Assembly: GCA_016235585.1 (NCBI GenBank)
Contig: JACRJY010000023.1
Location: 30,560-94,559, forward strand
Origin: Verrucomicrobiota bacterium
GTDB lineage: Bacteria > Verrucomicrobiota > Verrucomicrobiia > Limisphaerales > JACRJY01
DNA length: 64,000 nt
Reading direction: 5' to 3'
This document shows, piece by piece, positions 34,485 through 44,500 of the stretch (position 1 is its first letter; every line of letters begins with the position of its first letter). The position numbers and the translations under genes are program-made. Below the pieces are notes generated by a model, which had not been told where the DNA came from, did no database searches, and saw nothing but the letters and a program-made list of their open reading frames with translations.

Positions 34485-35030
34485 ATGAAAATTGAACAGC
34501 TTCACCTCGGCATGGCCGTGCGCCATCCGCAATACGGCGCCGGCACCGTCAAGTCCATCGCCGAGCACACCGCCGATGTCCGCTTCAACGACGGCCCGCG
34601 CACGCTCGCGCCGGAGACCTGCGGCCTCGAACCCGCCGAGGCGCAGATGAGCGCCGCCGGACTCGAAGTGCCGCTGGCGCAGTTCGTCGAGCAGGTCGTC
34701 GCCGCCACCGTGGGGAAGCTGGGCTTCGAGAAGCCCGACGCCGTGGCCGAGCAGCTCGCCAACCGCTGGCGCGGCGGACGCGCCGTGCTGCACCCCACCG
34801 ACCCGGCGCTGGCGACGAAGGAAGTCTCGCTGGAGGTGTTCTTCCACAAGATCGTGATGATGCGCAACCAGCTCCGCGTGCTGGAGCAGAAGATCAATTC
34901 GCACCCGCAACTGGGCGAGGCCGACAAGGTGGAGTTGCAGCAATACATCACTCGCTGCTACGGCTCGATGACGACGTTCAACCTGCTGTTCAAGAGCAAG
35001 GAGGGCCAGTTCGCCGCAGGCGGGGAGTGA
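34485..35030 (+). CDS. hypothetical protein
   Basis: 181-aa ORF with coding-like composition. The N-terminal segment [18 protein letters not shown]...VRF resembles small Tudor/SH3-like folds. I recognised no family. Confidence 0.55.
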   Translation: MKIEQLHLGMAVRHPQYGAGTVKSIAEHTADVRFNDGPRTLAPETCGLEPAEAQMSAAGLEVPLAQFVEQVVAATVGKLGFEKPDAVAEQLANRWRGGRAVLHPTDPALATKEVSLEVFFHKIVMMRNQLRVLEQKINSHPQLGEADKVELQQYITRCYGSMTTFNLLFKSKEGQFAAGGE

Positions 35031-35501
35031 AGCCGGCTTTGAGCCACGGATGAAACTTGGCTGAAATTTTGTTCACCGCGAGCCGGGGCTTGCAGTGCGG
35101 CGGGGCGGCGGGCAGAACTCGCGGCCAGCCACCCATGAAATTAGCGCGGCAGAGATTATTTTCCGCCCCGCCCGCCCCGCCGGCGCGGTTTTCCGGACGG
35201 AGTTTGGGGAGCCAGCTTCCGCCCTGCACGTCCGCGAGGAAAATTGGCGGTTTCATATTCCCGTAATGTTCCCTCGCATAGGGTGTGGGCCTGAAAATTT
35301 GCCAGATCACCCTTGCTTTCAGAAGGAAACGGGAGGGCCAGACGGTCAGGGCAATATTTTCTCACAGTTTGCTTGCAAAATTGTCCCGACTGTGGCTTTT
35401 TTAGCGAAACCCGACTCATGTTGCGACAATTAAATAAACGATCCTCACAAATGGATCGTTCGTCACCGCGAGTGGGCTTTATTCCAGAAAACCATAAACT
35501 C

Positions 35502-38500
35502 ATGAAATCCGCATCAATCCGGCGATTTTTCCTCGCTGCTGCCCTGTGCCTCGCCGCGGCGGCCCCCGTTGCCGCCCAAGTGCTGAACCAGGCCTCGGTG
35601 ACGCGCTACAACAACGGCCTCGTCGTGCCCACGACGGACATCCCGGCGAAAATTGTCGTGGACAGTTCCGCCAACAGCTACGTCGCCGGCTCGTCCGGCG
35701 GCGACATCATCACGACGAAATACGACGCCAGCGGGAGCGGTGTCTGGACCAACCGCTACAACGGCCCGGCCAGCGGCAACGACGCGGCGACCTCGGTGGC
35801 GGTGGACGCCAGCGGCAACGCCTACACCGCCGGCTACTCGGAGGGGACGGGTTCCGCCAGCGATTTTGTGGTGATCAAATATGACAGCACAGGCACGCCG
35901 GTGTGGACAAACCGCTACAACGGCACGTTGAACGGCGACGATCAGGCCCGGGCGCTGGCCGTGGATGCCACGGGCAACGTATACGTCTCCGGCGGCGCGC
36001 AGAGCCTCGGTTCGTCGTATGATTTCGTGACCATCAAATATAATTCGAGCGGCACCCCGCAGTGGACGAATATTTACAACGGCCCCGCCAACAGTTCCGA
36101 CAAGGCCGCCGCGCTGGTGATCGATGCCACGGGCACCAACCTCATCGTGACGGGTGAATCCACCGGCAGCGGCACGGGCCTGGACTACGCCACCATCAAA
36201 TACCAGCCCAACGGCACGGCCATGTGGACCAACCGATTTTCCGGTGCCGGCAACCGTTCGGACATTCCCGTGGCGATCGCTTTTGACAACACGGTGAACA
36301 ACAATGTTTTCGTCACCGGCTCGTCCTCCGTCTCCGGCTCCGGCAATGACTACGTGTCCGTCAAATACAACGGCACCACGGGCGCCCCGGTCTGGACCAA
36401 CCGCTATAACGGCACGGGCAACAGCAGCGACCAGCCGGTGGCCATCGCCGTGGACAGCGCCCGCAATGTCTACGTCACCGGCTATTCCTACGACTCCGCC
36501 AGCTCCTACGACATCGCCACGGTCAAATACGATTCCGTCGGCAACGGCGTCTGGACCAACCGCTACAACGGCACGCAGAACGCGGACGACCAGGGCAAGT
36601 CAATCTTCCTCGACGGCGCGGGCAACGTCTACGTGGCCGGCACCTCGGACAATGCCGGCTCCTCCTACGACTTCACCGTCATCAAGGTGGACACCGCCCA
36701 GGGCACCAACGTCTGGAGCTTCAACTACAACGGCCCCGGTAACGGCCCGGACGTCGCCGCCTCCCTCGCGCTCGACAGCTCCGGCAACATCTACGTGACC
36801 GGTGCCTCCGAGGGCAGCGGCACGGGCGCGGACTTCGCCACGGTGAAGCTCGATTCCTCCGGCGCGCAGCAGTGGGCGGCCCGCTACAATGAATTCATCA
36901 ACGGCGCGGACGAACTCGTCGCCCTGGCCGTGGACAGCGAGCGGAATGTTTATCTCGCCGGGCGCTCCGTGGGCCTGGGTTCGGGCGTGGACTACGTCGT
37001 CGTCAAGCAGAATTACTCCGGCGCAACTGTCTGGATCAGCCGTTACAACGGCGACGCCAACGGCGACGACGCCCTCACCGCCCTGACCGTGGACGCCAGC
37101 GGCAACGTGTATGCCACCGGCACCTCGGACGGCGACTACGTCACCGTCAAGTATTCCGCCAACGGTGCGGCAATTTGGACCAACCGCTACAACGGTCCGG
37201 GCAATGCCAGCGATATTCCCGCCGCCATTGCGACCGATGCCGGCGGCAATGTCGTGGTGACCGGCTCCTCCGCCGGGAGCGCCGGCGACCGGGACTTCGC
37301 CACCATCAAATACAACTCCAGCGGCGCCGGAGTCTGGACCAACCGCTACAACGGCCCCGGCGCGAGCGACGACGAGGCGATCGCGCTCGGCCTTGACACC
37401 AGCGGCAACGCCTACGTCACCGGCAGTTCCCTCGGCACGAGCAGCGGCGCGGACTACGCCACGATCCGGATCAACGGCACGACCGGCGCGGGCGTGTGGA
37501 CGAACCGTTATGACGGCCCGGTGAACGACTACGACATCCCATCGGCGATCACGCTCGACGGCAGTGGCAATGTGATCGTGACCGGCCAATCGATTGGCGA
37601 CGCCTATTATGAGGACTACGCTACAGTGAAATACAACGGCAGCGGCGTGGCCCAGTGGACGAACCGTTATTCATACATCCTTACGAATATTACCGAAAGC
37701 CCGCCTCTCTCGGGCATTTTTTATACGAACCTCACTGAAGTGTCCGACATCGCCCGCGCCATTGCAGTCGATTCCAGCGGCAACGTCTACGTGACGGGTT
37801 ATTCTTACGGATCGGATCCGTTTAGCTTCGGTGGTGGCGGCAGCCTGAAAGACATCGCCACCATCAAATACAGTTCCGCCGGATCGCAGGTGTGGGTGAA
37901 ACGCTTCAACGGCCCGGCGGGCACCTTGAATGACGAGGGCACGGCGGTGGACGTGGATGCTGCGGGCAACGTGTATGTGACCGGCTCCGCGGAAAGCGCC
38001 GGCACCGGCAGGGACTTTGCCACCATCAAATACAACTCCGGCGGCGCGGCGGTCTCCACCAACTACTACGACGGCCCCGGCAGCCGGGCGGACGTGGCGA
38101 CGGCGGTGGACGCCCGGGGCGTGTATAACGTCATCGTGGCGGGCACCTCCCCCGGCAGCAGCGGCGAGGCCGACTTCGCGGCCATTCTCTACTACCACAC
38201 CAACGCCGCCAACGTGGCCCCCACGGCGGACGCGCAGTCCGTTTCCACCCTCGAGGACGCCGCCCTGCCCATCACCCTGACCGGCGGCGACGCGAACAGC
38301 GACGCCCTCTTCTACGTCATCATCACTCCGCCGGCCAACGGCACTTTGACCACCATCGCCCCCAACGTGACCTATCAGCCGAACGCGGGCTACGTCGGCG
38401 CGGACAGCTTCACCTTCAAGACCTCCGACGGCCTGCTGGAATCCGCCGCCACCACGATCAGCATCACCGTCAACGGCGTGAACGACGCCCCGGCCTTGAG

Positions 38501-41500
38501 CGCCTTCACCAACATGGTCTTCGTCGGCGTGGCGGGCGGATCCACCCTGCCCTTCACCATCACCCAGCCGGCGAATGAAAACACCCAGACCATCACCGTC
38601 ACGGCCACCTCCAGCAATCCCTCCCTCATCCCGTCGCCGCTCACGGTCAACTACACCAGCCCGAACTCCACCGGCAACATCACCTTCACGCCGGTCGCCA
38701 ACGCCAGCGGCTCCGCCCTCATCACCGTCACCTCCAGCGACAACGGCGGCACGGCCAACGGCGGCGTGGACTCCACCACGCAGACCTTCGTGGTGACCGT
38801 CTATCGCGCCCTCGTGAAGGATCCGCGCGTCAACTTCCCCGTGGCCAACGGCCCCATCTTCACGATGACCGAGACGAACAACACCCTCTTCATCGGCGGC
38901 GGCTTCACCGAGGTCGGCACCAACTCCGGCAAGGCGGACGCCTTCTACGCGACGAACGACGCGGCGGTGGGCACTTTCCCGCAGGTGGACCGGCAGGTCT
39001 TCGCCGTCATCCCCGACGGCGCGGGCGGCTGGTATCTCGGCGGCGACTTCACCACGGTCGGCGGCCTGCCGCGCTCGCGCCTCGCGCACGTGCTCGCGGG
39101 CGGCACGGTGGATCCGGGCTTCACCGCGCAGGTGGACAGCACGGTGAGCGCGCTCTACCTCAATGGCACGAACCTCTACGTCGGCGGTTTGTTCGTGCGT
39201 GTGACGAATGTCACCGGAACCGTGATCACCGGGATCAGCAACCGCGTGCGCTTCGCCGTGCTGGACAAGGATTCCGGCGCGGTTCGCGACCTCGGCTCCA
39301 ACCCGTCCTTCGACAACCAGGTGCTTGCGCTGCTCGCCACCAGCAACACCGTTTATGTCGGCGGCATCTTCACCAACATCACCAACATCATTGCGGGGCC
39401 GACGACCATCGTGAGCAACAGAAATCTTCTCGCGGCGATTGACCTCTCCAGCGGACAGTTGCTCTCGAGTTTTGCGGCACACTGCAATTCCAACAGCGGC
39501 AACGCGGTTCGCGCCCTTGCCTTGAGCGGCACCAATCTTTACTTCGGTGGTGACTTCAACACGGTTTCCAATGGCACGACCGCCTTCACCAACTTCCGTC
39601 TCGCCGCCGTCAACTACACCTCCGGCGTGCCCAAGGTGGGTTTCCGCGCCGACCTCCAGGCCCGCGCCCGCGCGCTGGTGGTGAACGGCAACGACCTCTT
39701 CGTCGGCGGTGATTTCACCAGCATCACCAACACGCTGGGCGGCACGCAGACGAACCGCAACCGCCTCGCGGCCGTCGCGCTGACCAACGGCCTCGTCCGG
39801 TTGTGGAATCCCAACGCCGGCAATGTCATCCGCTCCATGGTTCTCGCCGACACGAATCTTTATGTGGCCGGCGATTTCACAAACATCCTTGGCACGAATG
39901 CCCTTGGGTATTTCCGGCGCCGGCTGGCGGCGGTGAGCACCAACACCGCCAACACCAACCAGGTCATCAGCGCCTTCAACCCGGCCGCCAGCGATCTCGT
40001 CAACGCGGTCGCGGCCTCCGGCGGCGTGATCGCGGCGGGCGGCAACTTCAGCTTCCACCACGGCCTCATGCGCCAGCGCCTGGCGGCCATCGCCACGGAC
40101 ACGGGGGAGATCACAGACTGGGATCCCACTCCGAACAACACCGTCCTGGCCATGACCCTTTACGGCACCAACCTCATCATCGGCGGGCAGTTCACCGCCA
40201 CGCGGTATGGCACCGGCAACCGGCTGGCGGTGATCACCACGAATGACGGCAGCTTCGTCGCCGGCATCACCAACGGCCAGTTTGACAACACCGTCCGCGC
40301 CCTCGCGGTGTCGGGCACACGGGTGTTCGCCGGGGGTGACTTCACCATCGTGACCAACAAGGTGGGCGCGTTTGAGCGTTCCCGCGTCGGCCTCATGGCC
40401 CTCGACATGAACCTCAACGGGGCCACCGCCACGGACTTCATCGCGGACGCCCTCCTGACCGGCGGCAGCAACGTGCTCGCGCTCGCCGCCAGCGGCAGCA
40501 CGCTCTACGTGGGCGGCACCTTCACCAACATCAGCGGCCAGACCCGCTGGCGGCTGGCGGCGGTGGACGCCGCGAACGGCGACATCATCCCCGGCTTCTT
40601 CGTGGATGCCAACAACACCGTGCAGGCGCTCATGCTGCGCGGCAACGTGCTCTACGCGGGCGGTGCGTTCACCAGCCTCACCAACAGCCCCGGCGCGGCG
40701 GGCGGAACCCGCAACCGCATCGCCTCGCTGGCCCTGCCCAACGGCGGGATTACGTCGTGGAACCCGAGCGCGGGCGGCACGATTTACGCGCTGGACACGA
40801 TTGCCACCAATGTCTACGTCGGCGGCTCCCTCACGGGAACCACTGGCGGCCAGTCCCGCAACCGCATGGCGGAATTAAGCTCCACCTTGAACACCGCCAC
40901 GGCATGGAACCCGGACAGCGACAACACGGTGTTCGCCCTCGTCGCCCGCAATGGCAGCCTCTACGCCGGCGGCCAGTTCACCCAGTTGGGCGGCCTCACG
41001 TCCGGCACGGGCGTTTCCCGCCAAGGCCTCGTGTCCTTCGACACGAACAGCGCGCCGGTCAACATCTCGCCCACGATGAACACCCTCGCCAACCTCACCC
41101 TCAACGAGGACGCGAGCCAGACCACGGTCAACCTCTCCGGCATCAGCGCCGGCCCGCCCTCCGAGAGCAGCCAGATCCTCACGCTCACCGCCACCTCCGG
41201 GAACACCGCCTTGATTCCCAACCCGCTGACCGTCACCTACACCGACCCGGACACCACCGGCAGCATCAGTTTCACGCCCACCGCCAACGCCAGCGGCTCG
41301 GCCACCATCTCGGTCGTGCTGACAGATGATGGCGGCACGGCCAACGGCGGCCTGAACAAGACCACGAACACCTTCCGCGTCACCGTCTTCTCCGTGAACG
41401 ACGTGCCGACCCTCAACGCCCTCGCCAGCGTGACCTGGAACGAGGATCCCGGCGCCAAAAGCGTCACCCTCTCCGGCATCGGCAGCGGCGCGGCCAACGA

Positions 41501-44500
41501 GAGCCAGGTGATCACCATCACCGCGACCAACAACAACCCCGCCCTCTTCAGCGCCATGAGCGTCACCTACACCAGCCCGACGAGCACCGGCACGCTGAAC
41601 TACACCCCTGCGGCCAACGCCTTCGGCACCGCCACTGTTTCCGTCGTCGTCACGGACAACGGCAGCACCACCAACGGCGGCATTGATTCGGTGACGAACA
41701 CCTTCTCCGTCGTCGTGAACTCGGTCAACGACACCCCGACCCTCGACGCGCTGGGCAACCTCACGGTGAACGAGAATGGCAACCTGCAGACCATCAACCT
41801 CACGGGCATCTCCTCGGGCGCGGCCAATGAAAGCGCCCAGGTGCTCACCGTCACCGCCACGTCCAGCACCCCCGGCCTCATTCCGAACCCCAATGTCAGC
41901 TACGCCAGCCCGGACGCCACCGGCACGATCACCTTCACCCCCGTGCCCAACGCCTCGGGCACGGCGACCGTCTCCGTCACGGTGAACGACGGCGGCGGCA
42001 CGGCCAACGGCGGGGTGGAATTCCTCACCCGCAGCTTCACCGTCGCCGTCACCGGCGTGAACAACGCGCCGACCCTCAATGCCATCGCCAGCCTCACCCT
42101 CAACGAGGACATCAGCACCAACATCACCCTCACCGGCATCAGCGCGGGCCCGGGCGAGAACCAGACCATTTCCGTCGCGGCCACTTCCAGCAACCCGGGC
42201 GTGGTGCCCAACCCGGTCGTGACCTACACCAGCGCCTTGAGCACCGGCTCGCTGGCCATCACCCCGGCGGCCGACGCCAGCGGCTCGGCGGTCATCACCG
42301 TCGTCGTGAGCGACAACGGCGGCACCGGCAACGGCGGCGTCAACGCCGTCACCAACGCCTTCACCGTGACGGTCAATTCCGTGAACGACGCGCCGGTGAT
42401 TGACGCCGTCGCCAACCTCACGCTCAACGAGGACGCGGGCGGCCAGTCCTTGAACCTCACAGGCATCAATGCCGGCGGCGGCGAGAGCCAGACACTCTCC
42501 CTCACCGCCAGCAGCAGCAACACGGCAGTCATTGACGGCGTCAGCCCGACCTACACTAGCCCGAACAGCACCGGCACGCTCGCCTTCTCCACGGTGCCCG
42601 ACGCCTACGGCACGGCCACCATCACCATCATCATCACCGACACCGGCGGCACGGCCAACGGCGGCGTCAGCGCCGTCACGAACACGTTCAGCGTGGTGGT
42701 CAATTCGGTGAACGACACGCCCGCGATGACCCCGCTGGGCACGCAGTTCCTCGGCTACAATTCCGGCGCGAATGTCCGCAGCCTGGCCGGCATCTCCGCC
42801 GGCCCGGCAAACGAAAGCGGGCAGACGATCTCCATCACGGCCACCTCCGGCAACCCGACGCTGCTGCCCGATCCCGTGGTCGGCTACACCAGCCCGAACG
42901 GCACCGGCACACTGACCATGACCGTCAACGCGGCGCAGAGCGGCACATCGCTAATCACGGTCGTCGTGAGCGACACGGGCGGCACGGCCAACGGCGGCGT
43001 GGACGCCTACACCAACACCTTCGTGGTGAATGTGAACGCGGGAAACACCGCGCCGGTGATCAACGACCAGTCCCTCACGACCGCCGAGGACACGGCCTTG
43101 AACTTCATCCTCGACGCGACCGATCCCGACCCCGGCAACACGGTCACGGTGACGATCCTCACCAACACCCTGCACGGCACGCTGTTCATCGCCAGCCAGA
43201 CAAACGTCACCTACTACCCGGCGCGCAACTACGCCGGCCTGGACAGCTTCCACTATCAGGCGACCGACGGTTTGCTGACCGCCACGGGCACCGTGACCAT
43301 CACGATCACCAACGTGTCCGACCTCTATCCGTTCGTCTTCTCGAACGCCCTGACCCTCCCCGCCGGGGCCAATCCCTCGGCCATCGTGGCGGCGAAGTTC
43401 TACAAGAAGATTGACCTGGCGGTGGCCAACTATGCGGACAACACCGTCAGCATCTTCTTGGGCACCGGCGGCGGGATTTCCACCACCAATCCCGCGTTCC
43501 AGGCGGGCGGTCTTTTCACCAACGCCATTCCCGCCACCGTGGCCGTGGGCCAGGGCCCGGTCGCGCTGGCGGTGACGGACATCACCAAGGACAAGTCCAA
43601 CGATCTCGTCGTGGTGAACCGGCTCGGTGGCAGCGTCCAGCTCCTCCAGGGCAACGGCGGCGGCGGGTTCACCGTCGTGTCCACCACTTCGCTGGGAGCC
43701 GGCTCCGCACCCAGCGGGGTGGCCGTCGGCGACTTCAACAAGGACACGCACCTCGACCTGGCCGTCATCTGCGAGTCCAACAACACCGTGGTCATCTTGA
43801 ACGGCAACAGCACCGGGACTTTCACACCGTTCCGCACCAACGCCGTCAGCGGCCGCCCGATGGCCATTGTCGCCGGGGACTTCAACAAGGACATGAAGAT
43901 TGATCTCGCGGTGGCGAACTACGACAGCAACACGGTCAGCGTCCTCTTCGGCGGCGGCACGGGCCTCTTCAGCAACAAGAATGACTTCGCCGTGGGCCAG
44001 GGCCCGACCGCGCTGGTGGCCTTCGACTTCAACAAGGACGGCCGCGTGGACATCGCCGCGGCCAATTACCAGGACGACACCGTCAGCATCCTGCGGAGCG
44101 TGCTCGTCACCAACGCCTTCATCGCCGGCAAGCCGGTGACGAGCAACACCTTCACGCTGACCAACTATCCGGTGGCCGTCAACCCGAGCGCGCTGGCCGC
44201 CGTCAACGTCAACAAGGATCTCTACACCGACCTGGTCATTGCGAGCCACTTTGAAAACACCGCCAGCGTGATGCTGGGCAAGGCCAACGGGCAGTTTGAT
44301 GATTTCTACTTCCTCGACCCCTCGGCGTCGCAGACGGTGGGGACGAACCCCATCTCGCTCGCCTCCGGCATCCTGAACGCCGACACGGATCCGGACGTGG
44401 TGGTGGCCAACTGGGGTTCGGGCAACGTCTCGGTGCTGCTGAACAACTACACGCCGCTGGCCTACAAGCTCAAGCTGAACGTGCTGGAAAACACCACGAC

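Noticed and set aside
37671-40061. 796-aa minus-strand ORF inside the giant gene. Similar cases are 42951..44885 (-), 36600..37589 (-), 18353..19990 (+) and 20033..21607 (+)
   Set aside because: All are antisense to the giant-gene frames, which have clear repeat and domain structure. Their translations are Gly/Arg/Asp/Val low-complexity mirrors of the sense repeats.
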